Assembly (NCBI GenBank): GCA_963768425.1
Contig: CAVYHV010000006.1
Coordinates: 96,001-160,000, forward strand
DNA: 64,000 nt
DNA from: Candidatus Bathyarchaeota archaeon
GTDB lineage: Archaea > Thermoproteota > Bathyarchaeia > Bathyarchaeales > Bathycorpusculaceae
Direction of reading: 5' to 3'
Shown: piece by piece, positions 9,510 through 19,706 of the stretch
Position numbering within the stretch: the first letter of the stretch is position 1
Layout: each line of letters starts with the position of its first letter
Notes under the pieces: model-generated
The model's input: only the letters and a program-made list of their open reading frames with translations
Databases searched by the model: none
Told to the model about the DNA's origin: nothing
Position numbers and translations under genes: made by a program

Positions 9510-11619
9510 ATGCCGAGGTTCAAGCAGACAGCGCAGATTCAGCAGCTTATGGGCAGCAAGGAGCTTATCCGAAACATTGGAATAATCGCCCATATAGACC
9601 ACGGGAAAACCACCCTTGCAGACTCCCTTCTGTCAGGTGCAGGTTTGCTTTCGCCTCAGATGGCTGGCTCAGCGCGAGTGCTCGATTATCTGGATGAAGA
9701 GCAAAAACGCAAAATCACGATTAAAACAGCCAACATAACCCTCCTCTACAAAACCGATGAAAACTCCTTCATCGTTAATCTGGTTGATACGCCTGGGCAC
9801 GTTGACTTCACAGGAAAAGTGACAAGAGCGCTTCGGGTTATAGACGGCGCTGTCGTAGTAGTCGATGCGGTTGAGGAAATTATGGCTCAAACCGAAACCC
9901 TAACCCGCCAAGCTCTTGAAGAACGAGTTTGCCCAATTCTATTCATCAATAAAGTTGACAGGCTAATCACTGAGCTGCAGCTAAACGAAAATGAAATCCA
10001 AAAGAAACTCGACCACATAATCGTTGGCTTCAACGACCTCATACAACTCTACGCTCAAGAGCCATTCAGAAGTCGATGGAAAGTCGATGCAAACGTGGGA
10101 AACGTGTCTTTTGGCGCTGCACTGCACGGCTGGGGCTTCACTTTGAACATGGCTAAGCAACGAGGCATCAAGTTTTCAGATATAATACAGGCTTATCAAC
10201 AGGGCGAAAGAGGGAAACTGCAGAAGAAGCTGCCTGTTTACGAAGCCATCTTCGAAATGGCAATCAAGAAAGTTCCAAGTCCCACGAGAAGCCCAAGCCT
10301 ACAGAATCGAAGAGATTTGGGATGGTCAAGTTAACTCTTCGATTGGCAAAGCTCTAGTTGAATGTACCGACAATGGACCAGCGATTTTCTGTGTCACCAA
10401 TGTGCACTCTAACGAGAAGGGAGGCACAGTTGCAACGGGCAGACTTTTTTCTGGGAAGCTAGAGAAGGGTGTGAGGCTGCATCTAGTCGAAGCTCTGGCT
10501 GAAACAACGGTTAGTCAGGTTTCTGTTGATATGGGTTCACTTAGTGACGAGGTAAGCTGGGTTTCAGCAGGGAACTTGGCTTCCCTAAGTTTGACAGGTG
10601 AGATGAAGGCTGGCGAAACCCTTGTCGACTTGGCGCATAAGGCTGACATGGTTCCTTTCGAAGGCATAAGCTACGTTTCCGAACCCGTCGTCACCTTAGC
10701 CGTCGAACCAAAGAACACGATGGAAATTCCAGTTTTGCTTGAGGCACTGAAAAAGCTTGCAAGTGAAGATCCAAACCTTATCGTAGACGCTGACCAGCAA
10801 ACTGGCGAGTACCTGCTCAGCGGTATGGGTGAACTGCACTTGGAGGTTGCAATCAACCAACTTAAGAACAGCGCAGGTTTGGATGTTACAGTTTCTTCGC
10901 CAAGAGTTGTTTACATGGAGAGCGTTGAGACAGGCGGAGTTGTGGCTTTGGCAAAAAGCCCAGATAAGCAAAGCAGTTTTTGGGTCCAGGTTGCGCCTGA
11001 CGGGCATGAGATTGAAGAGCAAATAAGCATTCTCTCTGTTGACGAGCACCGCAACGTGCTACTGGACTGCAACGGCAAGGCTGAGCCCCTCGCCGAAGAG
11101 GTTTTAGAAGCATTCATAGGTGGATTTGAATACGCATGTAAAGCTGGACCATTATGCGGCGAACCCGTACGGCACCTTAAAGTGACTTTGGTCGATTTCC
11201 AGTTGAGCAGCGAATTTAAGTGCGACGAAGTTATGCGTGGAGTTGGAAAAGCGATCTTCGGTTCATTCCTGTCAGCGCAGCCGATCCTGCTTGAACCCAT
11301 CTACAAAATAATACTCACCGTTTCAGCTGGAATAACCAGCGAAACTTCAAGAATACTTGCCTCAAAACGAGGAAAAGTCACCTGCTTCGAACAGAAAGGT
11401 TTGCAAACAGTAATCACCGGCTTCATCCCCGTTTCCGAAACTTTCGGTTTCTCAAGAGAGCTTAGGTCAGCGACGTCAGGTAGGGCTTTTTGGCAATCGT
11501 TCTTTGACCACTGGGAAAAAATGCCTCAAAAGTTGGCTTCACAGGTTGTAGCTGACTTGCGGCAACGCAAAGGACTGTCGCCTGAAGTCCCCAAGCCAGA
11601 AAAGTTCTTGGAGCTGTAA
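9510..11619 (+). CDS. Elongation factor 2 paralog (aEF-2p-like GTPase), split by a +1 indel near 10281
   Basis: AHIDHGKTT, DTPGH, NKVD, EDP..GE..LSGMGELHL, GPLCGEP, LLEP, LRSATSG; removing one C at 10281-10283 joins the two ORFs (SPREAQAYRIEEIW); no HRG diphthamide loop. Confidence 0.85.
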
Positions 11620-11624
11620 CATCA

Positions 11625-12485
11625 ATGCAGCTTAAAGTCCCATTCGACTTGGATTTTACACTTTGCTGTGGACAGGTTTTCAGATGGAAGAAAATCGACG
11701 ACTGGTGGTACGGCATCGTCGGAGAAAACGTGCTCAAAATTCGTCAATGTGGAGAGCAACTGGAATTCGATGGTGTTGACGCCGAATTTGTTACCCGTTA
11801 TTTTGGGTTGAATGATGACTTGGGGGAAATAAGCCGTTGCATTAACAGAGATCCTTACATCAGCAAAGCGCTGCACCGGTTTGAAGGTCTACGGATTATT
11901 CGCCAGGAGCCTTGGGAATGCTTCATCAGCTTCATTTGTGCAACCTACAAAAGTATAGCGGCTATTGAGCAGATGATCAGAAAGCTTTCAGTGAAATTCG
12001 GTGAAAAGAAGGTTTTTGAAGACGGGGATTTTTACGCTTTCCCTTCCGTTGAAAGACTATCTTCTGCGAGCGAGAACGAGTTGAAAGAGTGCGGCTTAGG
12101 TTACAGGGCGAAGTATTTGCATGCGACGGCGCGGAAAATTCGTGAAGAAAAATTTGAACTTGAAGCCTTGAAATCAATGCCTTACCTTGACGCGAGAAAG
12201 GTGCTTGTTGAGTTCCCCGGGGTCGGATTGAAAGTGGCTGATTGCGTGCTGGTGTTTTCGCTCGATAAAACGGAAGCTTTCCCAGTTGACGTCTGGATTA
12301 AACGGGTACTGCTTACCCACTACGCAAAAGAGTTTTCGCCTGAACTTGTGAAAAAACTTTCAGCTAACCCATCTCTAAGCAACAGTGAATACGAAAAACT
12401 AAACGCTTTCGGAAGAAGCTACTTTGGCAAGTACGCAGGTTACGCCCAAGAATACCTCTTCCACTATGAAAGAACCCAACGCTAA
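11625..12485 (+). CDS. ogg: 8-oxoguanine DNA glycosylase (Ogg1/HhH-GPD family)
   Basis: TLCCGQVFRW, QEPWE..ISFI, GLGYRAKY, PGVG.KVADC, FPVDVW, YAGYAQEYLF. Confidence 0.88.
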   Translation: MQLKVPFDLDFTLCCGQVFRWKKIDDWWYGIVGENVLKIRQCGEQLEFDGVDAEFVTRYFGLNDDLGEISRCINRDPYISKALHRFEGLRIIRQEPWECFISFICATYKSIAAIEQMIRKLSVKFGEKKVFEDGDFYAFPSVERLSSASENELKECGLGYRAKYLHATARKIREEKFELEALKSMPYLDARKVLVEFPGVGLKVADCVLVFSLDKTEAFPVDVWIKRVLLTHYAKEFSPELVKKLSANPSLSNSEYEKLNAFGRSYFGKYAGYAQEYLFHYERTQR

Positions 12486-12563
12486 GCCGCTTCCGTCATT
12501 AAGAAAGATTCAAATAACAAATGCTATTAATCAAGCAAATCCTGACTGAATTGGGGGCTATGT

Positions 12564-12824
12564 ATGGCTGCTGAAGACGGCAAACTTTACCAGTTAATCA
12601 AGCAAAAAAGGGTTTTTCTCAGAGACACTTTGAAGGATTATGCTGCAGGAGGCAGCGACATGCTTGACGACGTTGCAGGATATCTCCAAGAGGCAAAAGA
12701 GGAACTTTCCCACCGTTTAGAAGTCGTCAGTTGCCTGCGAGAAGATGAGGGAGAAGCCGTTTGGCGCAAAGAATGCCTTGCACTCTACGCCCAATGGTTT
12801 GAAAAATGGTTCGGCAAACACTAA
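12564..12824 (+). CDS. Hypothetical protein (C-terminal WFEKWFG motif)
   Basis: ORF with G-rich RBS-like sequence upstream; no recognised family. Confidence 0.55.
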   Translation: MAAEDGKLYQLIKQKRVFLRDTLKDYAAGGSDMLDDVAGYLQEAKEELSHRLEVVSCLREDEGEAVWRKECLALYAQWFEKWFGKH

Positions 12825-12915
12825 CTGGGGTCGCGCGAATCGGCTAGTTGTCTTGGCGAATGCGGAAAATGTTTAAATGCAGTATGAAACAGCAATATTA
12901 AACGAAAAGCCTCGT

Positions 12916-12989
12916 GGGCCCGTAGCTCAGCTCGGTAGAGCGCCAGACTCATAATCTGTTGGTCAGGTGTTCAAATCACCTCGGGCCCA
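12916..12989 (+). tRNA. tRNA with CAT anticodon, probably tRNA-Ile2 (agmatidine type)
   Basis: Cloverleaf: GGGCCCG/CGGGCCC acceptor stem, CT-CAT-AA loop, GTTCAAATC T-loop; the GGGCCCG acceptor resembles archaeal Ile rather than Met tRNAs. Confidence 0.88.
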
Positions 12990-13019
12990 CATTGAACTTC
13001 AATTAGCATTCAGGTATGG

Positions 13020-13541
13020 GTGAAGCCTGCACTGAAACAAAACAATCCAGCCTACAAAGCAGCAACGTTTGTTACGGGTCATCAATTAATCATTGGTTTG
13101 CTGCTGGTGCTTTTCGGGGTCAGCGACTTAACGTTTGTCATGCCCAATCTTTATGGCACTTTCCACGGGTTTTATGTGAACTGGCAAACCTTTCGCCTTT
13201 ACATGCCTCTTTGGGTCTTGACGATCCCTGTTCTTCTTGGTATGGCGCTTGCTGGCGCGTTAATGCTGACAGTTTACAGCATCAGAGACATTCAGCCATC
13301 GAGACCCGACTACAAGGAGCACGCTGCCGTGTTGGTTACAGCTTTAAGCTTCACTTATCTAGTAATAGGGGCTTGGCCAATGTGGACACAACCGTACCCT
13401 TGGGCGTGGCAACAGGAAATCGCAAACTACGGAAACCTTCTTGTTCTGCCTCTTTTCGTTGGAAGCGTTTTTGTGTTGATAACAGGAGCAACCTCACTTT
13501 ACATTCATAGTAGAATTTACCATCAAAAACACCCTAAATGA
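13020..13541 (+). CDS. Hypothetical membrane protein (about 4 TM)
   Basis: Four hydrophobic segments; directly downstream of the tRNA. Confidence 0.65.
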   Translation: MKPALKQNNPAYKAATFVTGHQLIIGLLLVLFGVSDLTFVMPNLYGTFHGFYVNWQTFRLYMPLWVLTIPVLLGMALAGALMLTVYSIRDIQPSRPDYKEHAAVLVTALSFTYLVIGAWPMWTQPYPWAWQQEIANYGNLLVLPLFVGSVFVLITGATSLYIHSRIYHQKHPK

Positions 13542-13624
13542 CCTCTCCTCTTGCTGAGAGCAACATTTTTTGTGGTTTGTGTTTTGGGTTGTTTTTTTGC
13601 ATCAGACCTCAAATTATCTGCAGC

Positions 13625-13724
13625 ATCCGTTCTTTAACGTCTACTAAAGTCGCTTACCGTCCTTTAAAGTCTATTAAAGTCGCTTAAAGTCTGCAGGCGT
13701 CCACCAAAGTCCTTTGTCGTCCTT
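13625..13724. repeat. Ten degenerate 10-bp tandem units with a phased GTC core (consensus TAAAGTCnnT)
   Basis: atccgttctt taacgtctac taaagtcgct taccgtcctt taaagtctat taaagtcgct taaagtctgc aggcgtccac caaagtcctt tgtcgtcctt. Confidence 0.85.
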
Positions 13725-13795
13725 GCTCTAAAAAATTGAATGATATAAAAAATCTATAAACACCTAGAAAAATCCAAACCCGTGTTCGTTTCTGT

Positions 13796-13945
13796 TCATT
13801 TTTGGTCTTTTGAAAGTTCAACTTTGACTATTGGAGCAACCTTCATTATTGGGTTCCCTTCCGCCTCATACTTAACTGAAAATCCATAATGAGCCCGGGC
13901 GGTCAATGTGGTTTTGACTGCGGCGAGAATCTCTTCTTTACCCAT
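13796..13945 (-). CDS. Small ORF, 49 aa (MGKEEILAAVKTTLTARAHYGFSVKYEAEGNPIMKVAPIVKVELSKDQK)
   Basis: Manual translation; GAGG upstream; starts 14 nt after the wHTH gene stop. Confidence 0.4.
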   Translation of the reverse strand: MGKEEILAAVKTTLTARAHYGFSVKYEAEGNPIMKVAPIVKVELSKDQK

Positions 13946-13959
13946 TTGCCTCGCGTTTT

Positions 13960-14403
13960 TCATGTGCGGTTCGGGTTTAGTTTTCTGTAAAGCAGTAATC
14001 CCTCAATCAAAAAGAGAACCATCGCTACTCCAGTCAGGCCCGTCAAGAAAAAAAAGCTGACTTGAATCACTGCACCTTTTATTAGGAACATCAACATTAT
14101 GATTGCTATCTCAGCGCTGAAAGCGCCTAGAAAAAAGAAGGAATAGAACATCAACCGCGGTACGAGGTTTTTGCCGACCCACACGTGCCCGTTGATGTTT
14201 GTTTTCTCTTTTAAGATGTAGTCGCCATAACTGTTTTTCTCGATTAAACCCATTTCCTCAAGTTTCTGAAGATGGCGAAATGCGACGCTTGTACTGCTAA
14301 GGTTTGCGCCTCTGGTTACGTCTCTAGTTCCCACTGGTTTGGCAGCGTGGACAACGTATGCGTAAACGTTTAATGTGTTGCCTTCAAGCTCATCGTTAGC
14401 CAA
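13960..14403 (-). CDS. Membrane-anchored winged-HTH transcription regulator (LexA-like DNA-binding domain plus 2 TM)
   Basis: PVGTRDVTRGANLSSTSVAFRHLQKLEEMGLIEK wHTH; two C-terminal hydrophobic helices. Confidence 0.78.
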   Translation of the reverse strand: MANDELEGNTLNVYAYVVHAAKPVGTRDVTRGANLSSTSVAFRHLQKLEEMGLIEKNSYGDYILKEKTNINGHVWVGKNLVPRLMFYSFFFLGAFSAEIAIIMLMFLIKGAVIQVSFFFLTGLTGVAMVLFLIEGLLLYRKLNPNRT

Positions 14404-14425
14404 GTCTGCCGCCGCCTGATGGGTT

Positions 14426-15328
14426 CTATGGAAAGGTTGGAGATTGCAGGTTAGTTTGCGAAAGTTGATCTTGCGGTATGATGTTGTTGTAGAGGAATCC
14501 GCCGTTGTATGGCGTTAACTGTATTTGTTGGATTACGCCGCTTGCTGGGGTTGCTGTGGTTGAGTTGCTGTCTACTGTAACATAGCCTATTCTGCTTATG
14601 CTGATGGTGATTGACTGAGCGTTTTGGATGTCTTGGATCTGTTCTAATTGTTGGTTCGTTATGCTATTTACGATGCTGTTCGTCGAAGTCATGTTTATTC
14701 CTTGAATAAACTGCCCATTCCAAAAGCTTTCGCTAAGTCCAGAGATTGCTTGGTTCTTGGCTGTTAATGTATAGGTGGGTTCACCTTGCCAAGTATTGTC
14801 GGTGGCGGGTAATGTGCCGTCAAAGTTCGGCAGGAACAGAAAGACCTTGTTTTCGTTAAAGATGTTTGGCGGAAGGCTGGCATTGATGAAGTCGCCTGCG
14901 CTAAGGTAATTCTCGAACGTGTAGCCAAGTTGGATGTATGGGTTAACGGTGCCTGTGCAGTTTGCGCTGATGACGTAGGTGAAGTTTTCAATTGGGCCTT
15001 GGTCAGAGTAGACTTGTATCAGGTAGTATTCCATTCTGGCGTCTGGAAGTGTTTTCATGGCATCAGGGTTCGTCGTAATTTGAAGTGCTATGTAGTATCC
15101 TTCACCGTAGGATATTGATGCGCCGGTGTTTGTCGCGTTAGCGATGTAGTAAGCGTAAGGCACTTTGACGTTGAACCAAGAATTGCCGTATGTTTGCTGA
15201 CCGTTTGCTTGCGCTTGGGCAGCCATCAGGTACTCCATTGGTATGACTGTTGCGATTCCGATTGCTATTGCGAGTACTGCACATAAGATTACTTTTTTTT
15301 CGATCAATTTGGTTTTTTCACCGCTCAC
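14426..15328 (-). CDS. Exported or N-terminally anchored hypothetical protein
   Basis: KK plus hydrophobic N-terminus; N/T/Q-rich with many NxS/T sequons; co-oriented 22 nt upstream of the wHTH gene. Confidence 0.7.
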   Translation of the reverse strand: MSGEKTKLIEKKVILCAVLAIAIGIATVIPMEYLMAAQAQANGQQTYGNSWFNVKVPYAYYIANATNTGASISYGEGYYIALQITTNPDAMKTLPDARMEYYLIQVYSDQGPIENFTYVISANCTGTVNPYIQLGYTFENYLSAGDFINASLPPNIFNENKVFLFLPNFDGTLPATDNTWQGEPTYTLTAKNQAISGLSESFWNGQFIQGINMTSTNSIVNSITNQQLEQIQDIQNAQSITISISRIGYVTVDSNSTTATPASGVIQQIQLTPYNGGFLYNNIIPQDQLSQTNLQSPTFP

Positions 15329-15361
15329 CTATTAGCCGGAGCGCCTAATAATGCTCCCCCA

Positions 15362-15410
15362 AGAACAGAATTGTTTCAAACTGTTCCCTAACTGTTCTCA
15401 AAGAGAACAC
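15362..15410. promoter_or_regulatory. Candidate operator array of GAACA/TGTTC half-sites
   Basis: GAACA 15363, TGTTT 15372, TGTTC 15382, TGTTC 15393, GAACA 15405; includes perfect inverted repeat TGTTCTC-AAA-GAGAACA; 35-80 bp upstream of the 15328 start. Confidence 0.55.
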
Positions 15411-15438
15411 CGCTGAGTCAGCGAAAAAAATGCTTTGG

Positions 15439-15918
15439 TTAAGCGTGCAATTTCTTAATTAGTTGCGCGACGTTTCTTCCCAGTCTTTCGCATTCTTCAA
15501 GGTCTTTCTTCTTTGGGGTTCCAGTCACAGCGACGTCGTAGTGTTTGTCGTCTGCTCTTTCTTGTACAATCATGCCATGGATAAGCATAGCCTGAACGAT
15601 GGAGAGCATGGTGGTTTCAGCTCCTGATGCTGTTCCGCCGCTGCTTGTGAAAGCTCCGCCGACTTTCCCCGTCATTTGCTTGTGAATTTGCACCGAGTCG
15701 TCAACGAGCTTCTTGAGTTTGGCGGACATTTGCCCAAAATATGTCGGTGACCCCATGATTATGCCGTCTGCAGCGAGAAGGTCACTGTTTGTAGTTTGCT
15801 CAGCCCGTTTGACGTTGACCTCCACTTTTCCTGCTTTTTCAGCGCCTTTCGCCACTGCCAAAGCCATCGCTTCAGTGTTACCCGACTTAGAATCAAAAAC
15901 AACTAAGATTTTCGGCAA
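15439..15918 (-). CDS. Flavodoxin/WrbA-like NAD(P)H-dependent flavoprotein
   Basis: SKSGNT, GSPTYFG, GKVGGAFTSSG..GAET motifs. Confidence 0.85.
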   Translation of the reverse strand: MPKILVVFDSKSGNTEAMALAVAKGAEKAGKVEVNVKRAEQTTNSDLLAADGIIMGSPTYFGQMSAKLKKLVDDSVQIHKQMTGKVGGAFTSSGGTASGAETTMLSIVQAMLIHGMIVQERADDKHYDVAVTGTPKKKDLEECERLGRNVAQLIKKLHA

Positions 15919-15923
15919 ATGCT

Positions 15924-16487
15924 TTACCTAACAAGTTCCCATATTACTTCGTCAACTGGTAATATTCTTGCCCCATAAACGTACTCAAGGTACTTTAAGC
16001 CTTGCTCTTGGTCCTCCTTGGTAAACGCTTCCACGCCGTTCTTAACCACAATTATGCGGTATCCCCTGAAGAAAGCGTCGGCAGCCGTGTGGCGCACGCA
16101 CAATTGAGTATGCAACCCGCCGAGGACCACGGTTTTTGCTCCATCACCCTTGTATAGAGTCCGCAGCAGCGAGTCTAAACCTGTCTCGAAGAAACCGCTG
16201 TAGGTCCGTTTCTCGACGACGTAATCTTTGGCTGGGTCTGGTCGCAGTTCAGAGATAACCTGCGCGCCCTCTGTTCCTTTTAGGGCGTGTTTGCCCCATT
16301 TCATTGTGACCTCAACGTCTTGAGGGTAATGCGCATCGACACTATAGATAACTGGGATGTTGTTTAGGCGTGAGGTGGTGACAAGTCTCTGCAAAGGCAC
16401 TATGATGGATTTAGCGTTGTCAACCTTCATGGATCCGGAAACAAAATCGTTCTGTACATCTACAAGTATAATGGCTGGTCTATCCAC
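15924..16487 (-). CDS. Isochorismatase-family cysteine hydrolase (nicotinamidase-like)
   Basis: DVQNDF, DAH, KRTYSGF, GLHTQLCV (D-K-C triad). Confidence 0.87.
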   Translation of the reverse strand: MDRPAIILVDVQNDFVSGSMKVDNAKSIIVPLQRLVTTSRLNNIPVIYSVDAHYPQDVEVTMKWGKHALKGTEGAQVISELRPDPAKDYVVEKRTYSGFFETGLDSLLRTLYKGDGAKTVVLGGLHTQLCVRHTAADAFFRGYRIIVVKNGVEAFTKEDQEQGLKYLEYVYGARILPVDEVIWELVR

Positions 16488-16539
16488 TGGCTTTCACGCT
16501 TCGAAAAATAAGAAGAGGCTGACTCTATTTAGTTTTCCC

Positions 16540-17605
16540 TCAGCATAGGCATGTCGGACTGTAAAGTCCAACGGTGAGTTTCTCAGCGCATTCTTGATTT
16601 ACTAAAACGGTGTCTTCGATTCTGACTCCACCATATCCCGGTATGTAGATGCCCGGCTCATCTGTTACAACGTTCCCTGTCGTCAAAATATCTTTGCTAT
16701 CTGGACTCAAAATAGGCGCTTCATGAATTTCCAAGCCAACCCCGTGTCCAAGGTTATGGACAAAGAACTCGCCGAAACCAGCTGCTTCAATCGTTCGCCT
16801 TGCGACGCCATCAACTTTTTGGGCTGCAACGTTGGGCTTTATGGTTTCGAAGGCTTTTTGATGTGCCGCCTTGACTGTTTCATAGATTTTTCTCTGCTTT
16901 TCGTCGGTTTTTCCAGCTATGAATGTTCGGGTCATGTCTGAACGGTAAGAGTTGTAGGTTGCGCCTAAATCAACCACCACTAACTCACCTTCGCCTATCG
17001 TTCTGTTTGAGCAGGATCCATGTGGATAAGCTGATGTCGGTCCAGAGGCTATTATAGTGTCAAAGCTTGTCCCGTTTGATCCTTTCTTTCGCATGGCATA
17101 CTCAACTTCCGCTGCTACCTCTATCTCTTTTATGTTGGGGCAAATAAGCTCAGAGGCTACTTTCATGCCAACTGATGCCAATTTGCATGCCTCACGGATC
17201 AATTCGATTTCCCGTTTATCCTTAACGCTTCTCAGCTTAAGGATTAAATTGTCTGCGGGCTCCAATTTTTCTTCCCCGCCGACCGCCTTGGCAAGGATGC
17301 GCCAACTCTCAATCGGCAACATGTCCACGGCGTACTTTTTGGCAGGTGCTTGTGTCGCCATTTTTTCCATCAGGTTTTCGCCTCTCTTCAAGAGTTCTAC
17401 TGTTACTTCTTTCGCTTCATTTTTGGCTTGTTCGTAGTTGACTCCTCCAACGAAAAGGGTGTTTTCGCCTTGTTTGGGGATGAGAAGCGCGGTTGCGCCT
17501 GAAAAACCTGTGAAATAAGCTATGTTATATGGGTTGAAGATAAGGAAGTTGCATGTCTAAGTCTTCTTTGGCTGCTGCCGTTTTTAGAGCGTTTGGTCTT
17601 TTCAT
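16540..17605 (-). CDS. Xaa-Pro aminopeptidase (M24), with an indel near 17550
   Basis: DLGA, SDMTRT, HNLGHGVGLEIHE, EPGIY, RIEDT; the N-terminal domain (NIAYFTGF) continues upstream to ATG 17605 across one frameshift. Confidence 0.85.
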
Positions 17606-17784
17606 TTTCTCGCCTTGTTTGTTGAAAGATGAGCTTTGAGGTTGCTTTAAGTTTTCGCTTCTTGTTTTGCGTTATGTATCAAAAAACAGGTCGTTTTAAG
17701 CCGTGAATTTTTAAATGAATCAGCCATTAACTTAATATACTTTTCAAATGCCTACCCTAATTGAGTAACGAGGGGTAAAAAAGC

Positions 17785-19705
17785 ATGTTTGCTTACGCGG
17801 GAAAAATTTTACATGTTAACCTCACAACAGGAGAAATGAAAAACGAGCCATTATCAGAGCAGATGGCAAAAGATTATATCGGCGGCATAGGCTTAGGCAT
17901 CCGCTTGCTTTTTGACAATTCAAAACCGGGAACCGACGCGTATGACCCTGAAAACCCCATAATCTATTTAACGGGTCCACTCAGCGGTACCATGGGCCCA
18001 ACAGGCGGAAACAGCTACGCAGTCGTTTCCAAATCTCCAGCCACTGGCGGCATCGGCAATGCTGAAGCCCACGGTTTCTTTGGTCCGGACCTGAAACGTG
18101 CAGGGTACGACGCAATCGTTATCACTGGTAAAGCTCCGAAGCTTTCTTACCTGTGGGTTGACGATGACAAAGTTGAAATCAGAAACGCCGAGTATCTGAA
18201 GTACGCGACAGTTAAGGAAACCGACGATAAAATCCGAGCTGAACTTGGCGACTTTTACATCCGCGTCTCAGCCATCGGCGAAGCCGGCGAAAAAATGTGC
18301 CGATTTGCAGCCATAATAAACGACGAGTTCCGCGCCATCGGACGAAGCGGCATGGGCGGAGTAATGGGCTCAAAAAACCTCAAAGCAGTTGCCGTACGGG
18401 GAACACATGACGTTAACGTTGCAAACCTTGAAGGCTTCAAAGAATTTGTTAAACTTATTTATGAACGAATGAAGGGTCCATCAACAAAGAAATACAAAAC
18501 ATTAGGAACACCAGAAAACGTTCTTGTCCTAAACTCACTCTCAGCATTGGCAACAAGAAACTGGACAAACGCAACTTTCGAAGGCGCCGACAAAGTCAGC
18601 GGTGAATACTTTAACGAACATTACGTGAAGAAAATCGTTGGCTGCGCAACCTGCGGAATGCGATGCGACCACATAGGCGTTGTCCCAGAAGGACCATACA
18701 AGGGCTCAACCTCAAGACTTGAGTTCGAATGCCTTTGGAGCATGGGACCACTCTGCGGCATCGACAGAGTTAGACGCAATTATCGAAGCCATGCGCATAG
18801 TAAACGAGTACGGCATGGACGGCATATCCATCGGTGTCGTAGTAGCTTTCGCAATGGACCTCTACGAGCACGGCATAATCACAAAGGAACAAACAGAGGG
18901 TATCGACCTCAAATTCGGCAATGCTGAAGCATTAATCGCTATAATTCACAAGATTGGTAAACGTGAAGGTTGGTTGGGCAATGCGCTTGCTGAAGGTGTT
19001 GCGAAAGCCGCAGAAATCATCGGCGGAGACGCTTACAAGTACGCTTGTCACATCAAAGGCTTAGAGCTGCCAGGCTACGACCTGAGAACCTTAAAAACCG
19101 CTGCATTAGGCTTTAGTGTTTCGTTCCGTGGAGCATGCCACCTTAGAAACGGCGCTTACTCGCCTGACGTTAAAGGCAAGGTCAACCGCTTCAAGATAGA
19201 GAAAGGCAGAGGCAAAATGATCACTGAAGAAAGCTACATGTACAACATTATTGACTCACTCATCGTTTGCAAATTCAGCAGAGGCACATACTACGATGGA
19301 TGGAAGGACCTCACCAACTACTATACGCTTGCAACAGGCATCCCTATTACACCTGAAGAAATGATTAAAGACGGAGACAGAATCGAAAATCTCGCAAGAA
19401 TATTCAACATTCGCGAAGGAAAAGGCACACGAAAATACGATGATGTACCCTACAAGATAAAGCATTTTCCAGTTCCCGATGAAGGACCAGCCAAAGGCGT
19501 CTGCGTAAACGACGAGGAAATGGCTGTTGGTTTAGATGATTATTATGCTTCAAGAGGATGGACAGTTGACGGCATTCCAACCGTTGAACGGCTGCAACAG
19601 GTAGGCCTAGGCGACTTAGCCTACATTGCCGAGGACGCGATGAAAGCTGCCGCAGAAGCCAAACCTGAAGTTGCCCCAGAAGCAAAGGCTCAAGGAGGAA
19701 ACTAA
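17785..19705 (+). CDS. aor: Tungsten aldehyde:ferredoxin oxidoreductase, split by a +1 indel near 18768
   Basis: SKSPATG, IGEAGE, GRSGMG.VMGSKNLKA, C..C..RC, EYGMD, IKGLE.PGYD.R, RGACH, DSL..CKF; removing one base gives GIDRLDAII. Confidence 0.88.
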
Positions 19706-19706
19706 A

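Noticed and set aside
10270-10340. Programmed frameshifting in the EF-2 paralog, aor or radA
   Set aside because: There is no shared slippery heptamer, shifts go in both directions, and they affect unrelated genes. Sequencing error is the simpler explanation.
13625-13724. CRISPR array
   Set aside because: The period is 10 bp with no 24-47-bp repeat plus unique spacer structure, and no cas genes are present in the window.
12916-15430. Integrated provirus or plasmid at tRNA-Ile2 (likewise at tRNA-Gln)
   Set aside because: No integrase, and no duplicated tRNA 3' end was found by eye. An exact-match search would settle it.
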